In this document: positions 7,611-14,865 of the stretch, piece by piece
How positions within the stretch are numbered: the stretch's first letter is position 1
Layout of the letters: every line of letters begins with the position of its first letter
UHGV virus genome: UHGV-1651579
Source: a virus
Reading direction: 5' to 3' (one strand)
Length of the DNA stretch: 21,812 bases
Notes under the pieces: generated by a model
Told to the model about the DNA's origin: nothing
Databases searched by the model: none
What the model saw: the letters and a program-made list of their open reading frames with translations, nothing else
Program-made: the position numbers and the translations under genes

Positions 7611-7630
7611 TACTGTACATATAAACAGTA
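7611..7630 (-). promoter_or_regulatory. LexA (SOS) box TACTGTACATATAAACAGTA
   Basis: CTGT-N8-ACAG with TA flanks; on minus strand overlaps a TACTGT -10 that is 17 bp from TTGACC (+ coordinates 7648-7653). Confidence 0.65.
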
Positions 7631-7684
7631 TTATTTATTACGGTACTGGTCAACTTTACGGGTTAATTGAATAACAAGATGGTG

Positions 7685-7699
7685 AAAACAATTTGTTTT
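7685..7699 (-). promoter_or_regulatory. P1 box copy j (AAAACAATTTGTTTT)
   Basis: about 30 bp upstream of the -35 of the LexA-box promoter. Confidence 0.5.
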
Positions 7700-7783
7700 G
7701 GCACTTGAGATTTTGCAAATCGCACCTACATGGAAAACGGCAATTTTTGAAACCTGATTTGACCCATGTGAAAGGAGGAAACG

Positions 7784-7987
7784 ATGAAGACCTATGATCG
7801 CAACCGTAACGCTATCACTACCGGCAGCCGAGTGATGGTGGCAACGAATGGTGCAACGGGAGTCATCAAGGAAATCTGCGGAGAAGGCAAATCAGAAGAA
7901 CAATTACGCCGCTCTGACTGCGTGTCTATCGAAGGTGTGGAAGGTCTATTCTGCCCAATGGATTTGGTTCGCCTGGGGTTCTATTAA
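7784..7987 (+). CDS. small hypothetical protein (67 aa)
   Basis: strong RBS GGAGG 6 nt upstream of ATG 7784; one of few plus-strand genes. Confidence 0.55.
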   Translation: MKTYDRNRNAITTGSRVMVATNGATGVIKEICGEGKSEEQLRRSDCVSIEGVEGLFCPMDLVRLGFY

Positions 7988-8000
7988 TTTCACCATCTAT

Positions 8001-8016
8001 AAAACAAATTGTTTAA
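8001..8016. promoter_or_regulatory. P1 box copy k (AAAACAAATTGTTTAA)
   Basis: abuts hairpin element copy 3. Confidence 0.45.
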
Positions 8017-8036
8017 GGCCACAACTAGTGGCCTTA
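8015..8036. repeat. hairpin element AAGGCCAC-aacta-GTGGCCTT (copy 3)
   Basis: 8-bp stem between convergent genes 7784-7987 and 8043-8741. Confidence 0.5.
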
Positions 8037-8042
8037 TCTGGC

Positions 8043-8741
8043 TTACGGAACAGCGGTAATCAGATCGCAAATGCCTGTTTTAGTTAAATCACTATTCAGC
8101 TTCTGAAAATTGGCATTCAGCATTGCGGTATGTATTCGATTCTCAAGTTCAAAGAAGAGATCGATCTTGCCCTCTTTGGCTGCCACCTTCTTCCAAATAT
8201 TCACCTGGTCATCTGCGATACGACTTGCGCAGGTGAACAAGAACGAACTCCCTCTGGGAAGGGATGTCGTGCTGTAGTATTCACCGTCAACTTCAATATA
8301 CTTAGCTCGGAATGACTCCAGAGTTAGCTTTTTACCGCTCTCAGCCTGCTTTGTGTCTGCCTTGCTTGTCTTTTCCTGAACTTCAGGCTGTTTCTGCACA
8401 GGCTTTGGTGTCTCATTGACCACCGCAGTGCTGGCCGAACCATCCAAACTCTTGAGGCCATTAATTTGGATTAGATAAGCCAACTCCAGAGCCTTATCAC
8501 CAGTGAGTTTTCCACGCATACTTACCCATTGACGCTGAACCGTCTTTAAGGCGTCTGCGTCCCCCGGGTTTGCTTTGAGTGCGTTGGAATAGGTAGAGCT
8601 AAGTTGTTCGTCTAATTTTGACAGGCGTTCGTTATCGCAGATTTTGTGTTCGATTTCTGCCGAAGCCTTTTGGCAGTCAAAGCTGGCTGCAAATACAGCC
8701 GGCGATGCCACCAACAATGATGCCAGTAGGATATTTTTCAT
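8043..8741 (-). CDS. secreted protein with LprI-like (DUF1311) N-terminal domain (about 232 aa)
   Basis: signal peptide MKNILLASLLVASPAVFA; C-x-KA-x-AE-x-IC-x-L-x-LD-x-Y ... QRQW pattern; track start 8747 is GTG, ATG at 8741 has GGAG upstream. Confidence 0.5.
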   Translation of the reverse strand: MKNILLASLLVASPAVFAASFDCQKASAEIEHKICDNERLSKLDEQLSSTYSNALKANPGDADALKTVQRQWVSMRGKLTGDKALELAYLIQINGLKSLDGSASTAVVNETPKPVQKQPEVQEKTSKADTKQAESGKKLTLESFRAKYIEVDGEYYSTTSLPRGSSFLFTCASRIADDQVNIWKKVAAKEGKIDLFFELENRIHTAMLNANFQKLNSDLTKTGICDLITAVP

Positions 8742-8779
8742 ATTCACTCCATAAATATAAAAGCGCCTGACTATAGCAC

Positions 8780-8995
8780 TTAACCAATTGCTTCTCTCAT
8801 CTGATTGTGAAGCTCTTTCAGCCCATCACGTACCGCGTTCATGATACGTTCTAGGTATTGGTATCTGGGGTTTGGCACTGTTGGCCAACCGGCATACCAC
8901 GGATCGTCACCAAACAGACTCAGCAGTTCGTTACCGACACCGAAACAGCAGCAACTTTCTTTTACGTCATCAGCGTTTTCTGCCTCGTCCCACAT
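8780..8995 (-). CDS. hypothetical ORF (71 aa); possibly 3' part of a frameshifted gene
   Basis: no SD before ATG 8995; frame is open upstream to 9082 and overlaps the end of CDS 9042-9281. Confidence 0.3.
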   Translation of the reverse strand: MWDEAENADDVKESCCCFGVGNELLSLFGDDPWYAGWPTVPNPRYQYLERIMNAVRDGLKELHNQMREAIG

Positions 8996-9041
8996 ATTGC
9001 GGGCCTGCTCTGCGTCGATTTCTCTCTCTCCCTGGGCAACT

Positions 9042-9281
9042 TTATGATTTCGGATTTGACGAAAAGCAGGTTTGCGTCGTTGTCATCGTCGACCGTACTG
9101 AAGTGGCACACTGAATTTGGCCGTCTGTAATGGGCAGATCCGGCAACTGTTTAAAAACTTCCATCTGCTCATGGATACGCAGAAACCACCTTGCCAGCTC
9201 CATCTGCTCACCGCGGGTGAGGGGATTATTCAGCGGGGACTTAACAAAAGCGGAGACTCGCTCGACAAGCAGATCATTCAT
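9042..9281 (-). CDS. hypothetical protein (79 aa)
   Basis: ATG at 9281 overlaps stop of upstream 229-aa gene by ATGA; track ORF extends to 9356. Confidence 0.45.
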   Translation of the reverse strand: MNDLLVERVSAFVKSPLNNPLTRGEQMELARWFLRIHEQMEVFKQLPDLPITDGQIQCATSVRSTMTTTQTCFSSNPKS

Positions 9282-9967
9282 GCCGCGCACCTCTCTGCTT
9301 TCTCCTGCAATTCGCGAACGAACTCGACCAAAGAGCCACCTGGCGGGATCTGGCATTCCTCAACCAACTGGAAGTAGATGTCTGCGGCCGCGCGTGTGTT
9401 CGAGCCTTTGTTTAGCTGCTCTTCGCGCAGCGCATCACGTTCATTAATCAAACGGACGCACTCGCCGTTACGCTGATCCACAACGGCCTCAAGTTCAGCG
9501 ATACGTTCGCCAGGAGTCTTACCTTCTTTGCGTTGAATGGTGACGGTAAACTCACCCATTTCAGGAACGTCGTACTCCAGCTCCAGGTAGTTTCTGGCCC
9601 CGCTACGAACAAACTCACCGGCAAACATGGTTGCGAACATCGCAGAGGCCATTTCACCTTTAAACAGAGACTCCAAATCTAACGGAGTGCCGGCAGCCAG
9701 AGCCTCTTTTGCTGTGTCCATTGCGTCCATGAACCGGTCAAACTCATTGGCGCATTTCTCAAGGTCTCTCCACTGCTGGCTCCAACGGCGTGCCAGATGG
9801 TCGATAAAAACCTGCGCCGATTCATCAAAGTTACCTTCGAACGTCACAAGCTCCTTGTCGATTTTGATGGTTCCGGCAGGCGCGCCTGCATTCCCCTGTA
9901 GCACTAAATTAAATGGCAGCTTCGCCTGATCAACGCTGGCGAATGTAATTCTCGATTTTTCGCTCAT
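9278..9967 (-). CDS. hypothetical protein (229 aa)
   Basis: ATG at 9967 with GAGG 7 nt upstream; P2 box 10010-10023 in its promoter. Confidence 0.6.
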   Translation of the reverse strand: MSEKSRITFASVDQAKLPFNLVLQGNAGAPAGTIKIDKELVTFEGNFDESAQVFIDHLARRWSQQWRDLEKCANEFDRFMDAMDTAKEALAAGTPLDLESLFKGEMASAMFATMFAGEFVRSGARNYLELEYDVPEMGEFTVTIQRKEGKTPGERIAELEAVVDQRNGECVRLINERDALREEQLNKGSNTRAAADIYFQLVEECQIPPGGSLVEFVRELQEKAERCAA

Positions 9968-10009
9968 GTGTTTACCTCTGATAAAGTGGCTCTATTCTTA
10001 CATAAATTA

Positions 10010-10023
10010 GGTAAGTATTTACC
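10010..10023 (-). promoter_or_regulatory. P2 box copy 2 (GGTAAGTATTTACC)
   Basis: 14-bp palindrome with one central mismatch, 3 nt after MTase stop and about 40 nt upstream of ATG 9967. Confidence 0.55.
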
Positions 10024-10025
10024 TA

Positions 10026-11711
10026 TCATTTTACACGTTTGAAAACGTATACGCTGACAGTGATTCCGGTGTCTTCAAACTCGTCAGTAAACGACTTCCC
10101 TTTGGCATAAACGTAATTATCCAGCGACATCCAGTTCAGAACTGGCGCATCACCCGGCAATACAGCCACCAGTCGCCCGCCGACTTTAAGATGCTCCAGC
10201 GCGGCCAGCGTATGCTCTCTGTGACGGTCAAGAGAGTAGGACGGGTTCATAACGATTTTGTCGAACTGATAACCTGCGTTGACCTCAGACCACTTCATGA
10301 AGTCGCAGCAGACCGTATTTGTGTACCCCTTGCCAAGCAGGATATCAGCGAAGAGAGGTGCGACTTCTATGCAGGTAACGTCTTCCGGATTGGCGTCGAT
10401 GCAGGCCAGCAGATCTCCGCGCCCGGCTTCAGGCTCCAGCAGCTTCTCACCTTGCTTCAGCTCGATGGCTCTGGCAACGTACTCCGCTATCAAACGCGGG
10501 GTAGGGTAGAACTGGTGTGATTTTGTATCCGGTATTAAGCCGGTGGCCACAATCGTATTGAGCGTATGGCCGATCTCATACGGGAACTGCCAGTGCCTTT
10601 TCTCCTGCACGCCGCCAATGAAGTTCAGTGTGCGCTCAAGCTCTTCCACCTGCGACTTCTGGAGGTTGGAATCAGAGAAGTACCAGACGCCTTTATCTTT
10701 GCTGAATCGCCCGTTGCGCAGCGCGGTACGAACCGGCTCGGAGATCGTCTTCTGGATTAACCCGAACTCTTTTGGTGCCCGTGTTTTGGGTGCAGTACGG
10801 CATGGCGCCGGGATTGCTGCAGGCATACTGTAAGCCAGCACCTCATTCAGCTTCCAGGCTACGTCAGGATGTATTTCAAAGTGAACGTTGCCGTTCTTAA
10901 ACATCTTCACACGCATCAGGTTTCCGTCGACATTCATCCAGTCGCCGGTCTGGCAGTCATTTGCTCGATACGCAGCTGACAGCATCTCGGCCGTGCGGTT
11001 GATGGTGATAAATTCTTTGTGTGCAAAGAAATGCAACATGACGCGCAGGTCGTCTATGTAATCCTCTTTCCGGTAGTTAACGCTGACGCTGTCCCGCCAG
11101 AAATCGGAAATGCAGTCGGCGATGATCAGACGCTCGCTGAAGCCGTTCGTCTTATTGGTCTTGTGAGCAGGACTCAACGCCTTAAACAAGCCATACACGC
11201 GCTCAGAGAGATATTTGTGCCTGTCATTCAGCAAATTAAGCATCGTTGGTATGACCGTTTCTGCTTTGAACTCAGGTACACCAACGAACTCTTTAACCTT
11301 CATTTGATAGCCAGTTCTGTCAGTCTTGATCGTTTCCTGCTTGCCCTCGATAAACTGTTCACGCCACTCGTCGCGGCGGGATGCTGGCATGATCAGCAGA
11401 ACGTTGGTCATATCCGTGACCTTCTTCCAGTATTCAGCCCAGATGTTCTGTTTCACCCATTCCAGGTCGACTTTGTCCAACCAGGCTCTGTTAAAGCGTG
11501 TGCGCTCGTCATCCGGCCGGTGGTTGAGTCGCAGCAGGCGGTTAATCATGCTGTGGCGTTCGTCGCCATAAACGAAGTCGTGAACCTGATGCATGAATGC
11601 GATCTCTTTCTCGCACTCGGCCACAATTTCGTGGATAACGTTCATTTCCTGCCGGTAGTCGATATCAGTGTTTGGAGTGATAGCGTCAATGATGGAAAGG
11701 GCTGTATTCAT
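10026..11711 (-). CDS. orphan gamma-class N6-adenine DNA methyltransferase with about 380-aa N-terminal domain of unknown function (about 561 aa)
   Basis: C-terminal motifs in order FYPTP, LEPEAGRGDL (SAM binding), IVMNPSY (NPPY-type catalytic); track start 11729 is TTG, first ATG at 11711. Confidence 0.75.
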   Translation of the reverse strand: MNTALSIIDAITPNTDIDYRQEMNVIHEIVAECEKEIAFMHQVHDFVYGDERHSMINRLLRLNHRPDDERTRFNRAWLDKVDLEWVKQNIWAEYWKKVTDMTNVLLIMPASRRDEWREQFIEGKQETIKTDRTGYQMKVKEFVGVPEFKAETVIPTMLNLLNDRHKYLSERVYGLFKALSPAHKTNKTNGFSERLIIADCISDFWRDSVSVNYRKEDYIDDLRVMLHFFAHKEFITINRTAEMLSAAYRANDCQTGDWMNVDGNLMRVKMFKNGNVHFEIHPDVAWKLNEVLAYSMPAAIPAPCRTAPKTRAPKEFGLIQKTISEPVRTALRNGRFSKDKGVWYFSDSNLQKSQVEELERTLNFIGGVQEKRHWQFPYEIGHTLNTIVATGLIPDTKSHQFYPTPRLIAEYVARAIELKQGEKLLEPEAGRGDLLACIDANPEDVTCIEVAPLFADILLGKGYTNTVCCDFMKWSEVNAGYQFDKIVMNPSYSLDRHREHTLAALEHLKVGGRLVAVLPGDAPVLNWMSLDNYVYAKGKSFTDEFEDTGITVSVYVFKRVK

Positions 11712-11723
11712 GATTGCACCATT

Positions 11724-11740
11724 AAACAAATTGTTTTTTT
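11724..11740 (-). promoter_or_regulatory. P1 box copy l (AAACAAATTGTTTTTTT) within cassette 11712-11775
   Basis: followed by GTTGGTGTTATTATTTC; 13 nt upstream of ATG 11711. Confidence 0.6.
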
Positions 11741-11882
11741 GTTGGTGTTATTATTTCAAAATTGAGTAGGTAATAAATAAGGATTCACAAGCTGCACAGG
11801 GAGATACTTATAAGTTTATTGAGTTTGCTTAATACTCAACTGACAACTACACGTAAGATATTTGTCGCCTCCTTATTGAGTA

Positions 11883-12302
11883 ATGATGATGAAGAAAATT
11901 ATATTGCTGGGAATTGCCAGCGCTTTTGCTGTGAATGTCTACGCCAACAACACAGAGCAAGGTTTTAAAGAGACCGGCAGGGCAACCAGCTATGTTAAAT
12001 GCGCTCTTTATGCCGACATATCGAATATCTACACAGACAAATCCAGTGCAGTGCCTGCTGAAAATGCAAAACAGTTCAGAATTCTCGCGCTGAAGCACTG
12101 GAGAAAGGCAAATGAATTGCTTGGCAACGTTAAAACCGGAGATGATGAAATCGTCGACTTTGCCGTCTATCTATCATCTCAGGAATCAGTGGCCTGGGAC
12201 GCTCACCCTGAAATGAACAATTCGAATAATGACAGAGGCAATCCGGCAACTGCGGCATACATGAGCGAAAATTGCGGCTTATTGTTAGACGCCGCAAAGT
12301 AG
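11883..12302 (+). CDS. secreted hypothetical protein (139 aa)
   Basis: N-terminal signal peptide MMMKKIILLGIASAFAVNVYA; AT-rich by eye; followed by hairpin GGGGGC-ttt-GCCCC. Confidence 0.5.
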   Translation: MMMKKIILLGIASAFAVNVYANNTEQGFKETGRATSYVKCALYADISNIYTDKSSAVPAENAKQFRILALKHWRKANELLGNVKTGDDEIVDFAVYLSSQESVAWDAHPEMNNSNNDRGNPATAAYMSENCGLLLDAAK

Positions 12303-12327
12303 AGTAGGGGGCTTTGCCCCATATATA

Positions 12328-12906
12328 TTAATGATGTAAAGGCTGCATCTTTTGCGGCTGCGGCTGTTTGTTCAGGTCGTGGCGATGGGTCAGCTCGCGC
12401 ATCATGTCTTCAAGACGGCTCTTGGTGTCGTCAAGCTGGTCGGCCATTGCCCCCAACAGCTGGCGAAGGGCCATCGGATCGTCGCTGTTCAGCTCAGGCA
12501 TTTTGAACCCAGCCTGGGAAGACATCAGTTTGAAAGCGGCCAGCAACATCGCCAGAGAAGACTTCAGCCCGGCGATTTCACGATCTTTGCTGGCGTTGGT
12601 TTCATCTGCCTTGACTGAATCCGGTGAGCACTTCGGCTTGCTTACCATTTCCAGAGTTGCCTTAAGTTTGTCGGCGCGTTCTTTCTCTTCCAGATACGCT
12701 TCGCCGAAATGACGCGCCAGCATCACAATTTCAATCGGATCATCAATCATGCTTGAGAACTTGAGAACGCTGAAAAGGCGGTCAATAGGGGAGGCGTCGT
12801 CTTCGTGACCAACCACAAGACCCATGATCTCAACCAGTTCGGCCGCACCAACTTTTTTAATCACGCTTTCAACTTTGGCATTAGTTTTTTTGCATTTTTC
12901 ACACAT
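12328..12906 (-). CDS. hypothetical protein (192 aa)
   Basis: ATG at 12906 with AAGGAAG upstream; own cassette with P1 box. Confidence 0.55.
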   Translation of the reverse strand: MCEKCKKTNAKVESVIKKVGAAELVEIMGLVVGHEDDASPIDRLFSVLKFSSMIDDPIEIVMLARHFGEAYLEEKERADKLKATLEMVSKPKCSPDSVKADETNASKDREIAGLKSSLAMLLAAFKLMSSQAGFKMPELNSDDPMALRQLLGAMADQLDDTKSRLEDMMRELTHRHDLNKQPQPQKMQPLHH

Positions 12907-12926
12907 GCGCTCTTCCTTATTCTTTT

Positions 12927-12940
12927 AAACAAGTTGTTTT
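12927..12940 (-). promoter_or_regulatory. P1 box copy m (AAACAAGTTGTTTT)
   Basis: about 20 nt upstream of ATG 12906. Confidence 0.6.
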
Positions 12941-13114
12941 CTTAATTGTTTAATTGTCTCAAATTCTATGATGATGTGAAGAGTTGCATTAAGGCGAAAA
13001 GACACGCAAAAGGAAAAATCAGGCATACCAGACATTTATTTAAAGTGGCATTCATAGCAGAATGTTCTCATTGCCGAAGTTCTATTCAGACGTCAGTCCC
13101 TAAGAGAGAGCAAA

Positions 13115-14074
13115 ATGTTTGGTAATCTTTTCAAAACGGAAGAAACTAAGGCCCGGGAGGGCTTGGAGTCTCATTATCAGAAAGTCATGAGCTTCGTTGC
13201 TGAAAATGATCTACATGAAGCATGGGAAAAAACACGCAATATCATTTTTCGAAATATGGAAGTTAGAAGCTACATCACGCAAAACGGCGCGTTCGATCGT
13301 AACGATTTTTACTATAAGTCAGCCAAAGAGAAGCTTATTCAAAGCGCCTTCACTTCATACCTACTCATAAAAGTTTTACCTCAGTTCTATGAAATGCATC
13401 TCACCACTTTGAAAAGAAAAGAAAAAACACTCACAACACAGGATGAATACGGGGTCTGGAACTTTGACAAGTGGTTTGATGAAGTAGACTACTTTTATGA
13501 CAAGGTAGTAAAAGAGAAAGTTTACGATTGGATCGAAGAGAACACAGGCCGGCTCAACAACCTTTGGTTGGCAGAGTCGGAGGACAAGAATGCCTGGGGG
13601 CGGCCAGTTTACTTTAAATTCCAGTTGCCTGAACAATTTGATCGCTGCGCAATAAATCACATTATGACGGTGGTAGACAATACACCAGAACCTGAATTAC
13701 CTGAGTACACTTCGCTACTGACCGGGCACGAATATGAGCATTTTGTCGCTGGGGAGTTTATGAAGTATGGATCCGACACCCAAGTAACTAAGGGCAGCGG
13801 CGATCACGGTCTGGATATCCTTGTAACCTATAGAGAAGTTCGAATGGCTGTTCAGTGCAAACACTACCAGTCTAAAGTAGGCAACAAAGCTATTCAGGAA
13901 GCATTTTCCGCGAAACAGTTCTACGATTGCTCCCTCGCAATAGTAGTCAGCAACAGCGAGTTTACCCCTCACGCCAGACAAGCAGCCAAAAAACTGGACG
14001 TTTATCTGTATCACCATGAAGATATACACTTAATAATAGACGCCATTAATAATTGGCTGGATGCGCCGGAGTGA
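13115..14074 (+). CDS. two-domain protein: unknown N-terminal domain (about residues 1-195) + C-terminal Mrr-type PD-(D/E)xK restriction-endonuclease domain (319 aa)
   Basis: C-terminal block GHEYEHFVAGEF...KGSGDHGLDIL...AVQCKHY...IVVSNSEFTPHA matches Mrr catalytic-domain pattern (GxGDxGxD and VQCK); plus strand and AT-rich, unlike neighbours. Confidence 0.7.
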   Translation: MFGNLFKTEETKAREGLESHYQKVMSFVAENDLHEAWEKTRNIIFRNMEVRSYITQNGAFDRNDFYYKSAKEKLIQSAFTSYLLIKVLPQFYEMHLTTLKRKEKTLTTQDEYGVWNFDKWFDEVDYFYDKVVKEKVYDWIEENTGRLNNLWLAESEDKNAWGRPVYFKFQLPEQFDRCAINHIMTVVDNTPEPELPEYTSLLTGHEYEHFVAGEFMKYGSDTQVTKGSGDHGLDILVTYREVRMAVQCKHYQSKVGNKAIQEAFSAKQFYDCSLAIVVSNSEFTPHARQAAKKLDVYLYHHEDIHLIIDAINNWLDAPE

Positions 14075-14109
14075 AGATTGAGGGGCTAATGCCCCCCCCT
14101 ATTCGTCGG

Positions 14110-14298
14110 TTAAAAGAACCCGAGGATGCCGCCCACTGGAACAATGAAAACTCCCACGACACGCGCAAGTGTCACTCCGGCATGAGACTGGAGATCGCCA
14201 TCGTTCACAAGTTTCACCAGATTCATGATCCAGCCGTTAAACAAAAAAACGGTAAAGCCAACAATCATCAAGGTGAATTTCTGGAAGTTCCATTTCAT
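14110..14298 (-). CDS. small hydrophobic membrane protein (62 aa)
   Basis: ATG overlaps stop of upstream ORF by ATGA; strongly hydrophobic. Confidence 0.4.
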   Translation of the reverse strand: MKWNFQKFTLMIVGFTVFLFNGWIMNLVKLVNDGDLQSHAGVTLARVVGVFIVPVGGILGFF

Positions 14299-14552
14299 AC
14301 AATAGCCTCAGTCACTGTAGAAGGAAGATCCGGAGTCGCAGGTCGAGCTGGAATCGTGTCCATCAGCATCCCATCCAGAGAGACAGGAGGTCGTTCGGGC
14401 AGGGGTGTCATCTGCAAGGCTGTGGTGGCAGTGGAAGTAGTTGTGCCCGGCATCAAAAGGCTCTGACCGGCTGGTACGGTAACCGCTGCCAGAGTTGCCA
14501 AAATCACTCCGTAGGCCATTGACTTCAGTCGATTTCGTTGAAAATTTTCCAT
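14295..14552 (-). CDS. Pro/Thr-rich protein with signal-peptide-like N-terminus (about 85 aa)
   Basis: MENFQRNRLKSMAYGVILATLAAVTVPAG then Pro/Thr-rich; start uncertain (track start 14591); overlaps other-frame ORF 14308-14808. Confidence 0.35.
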   Translation of the reverse strand: MENFQRNRLKSMAYGVILATLAAVTVPAGQSLLMPGTTTSTATTALQMTPLPERPPVSLDGMLMDTIPARPATPDLPSTVTEAIV

Positions 14553-14808
14553 GAGAACTGTTCTTGTGTGTCCGGGTTTCACGCAACACACGAGAAGCGA
14601 CGCTATTACGCACCTTCTCCATGCCTACTGTCGTGCCCTGATTAGCTATGGCGGTAGCTTGCACATTAATGCGCTTCTCCAGTTCAAACACTCGTTCTTC
14701 CAGTTCCGTAAGGCGTGCGGAAACACGACCACTAAACAGCTCGGTCAGCACCAGGCGAATTGAACGGGGACGTTTATTGAAAGAAGTGAAAGACGTTTGA
14801 CGGGCCAT
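14308..14808 (-). CDS. ORF with protein-like coiled-coil N-terminus (about 85 aa) then low-complexity tail; possible frameshifted gene
   Basis: ATG 14808; N-terminal LTELEERVFELEKRINVQ looks genuine, remainder is Ser/Gly/Asp-rich and overlaps CDS 14295-14552 in another frame. Confidence 0.3.
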   Translation of the reverse strand: MARQTSFTSFNKRPRSIRLVLTELFSGRVSARLTELEERVFELEKRINVQATAIANQGTTVGMEKVRNSVASRVLRETRTHKNSSHGKFSTKSTEVNGLRSDFGNSGSGYRTSRSEPFDAGHNYFHCHHSLADDTPARTTSCLSGWDADGHDSSSTCDSGSSFYSD

Positions 14809-14837
14809 GTGGATTCCATTCAGTGTCAGAAAGAGTT

Positions 14838-14865
14838 GCGGCTGGCCAAGCCAGCCGCCTTTTGG
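14838..14865. terminator. GC-rich hairpin GCGGCTGG-ccaag-CCAGCCGC with T-tracts on both sides
   Basis: 8-bp stem; on plus strand followed by CTTTTGG; sits between P2 box 14942-14955 and ATG 14808. Confidence 0.4.

Noticed and set aside
11019-11765. 248-aa plus-strand ORF and other plus-strand ORFs at 10191-10833
   Set aside because: Antisense shadows of the methyltransferase gene, which carries recognisable catalytic motifs on the minus strand.
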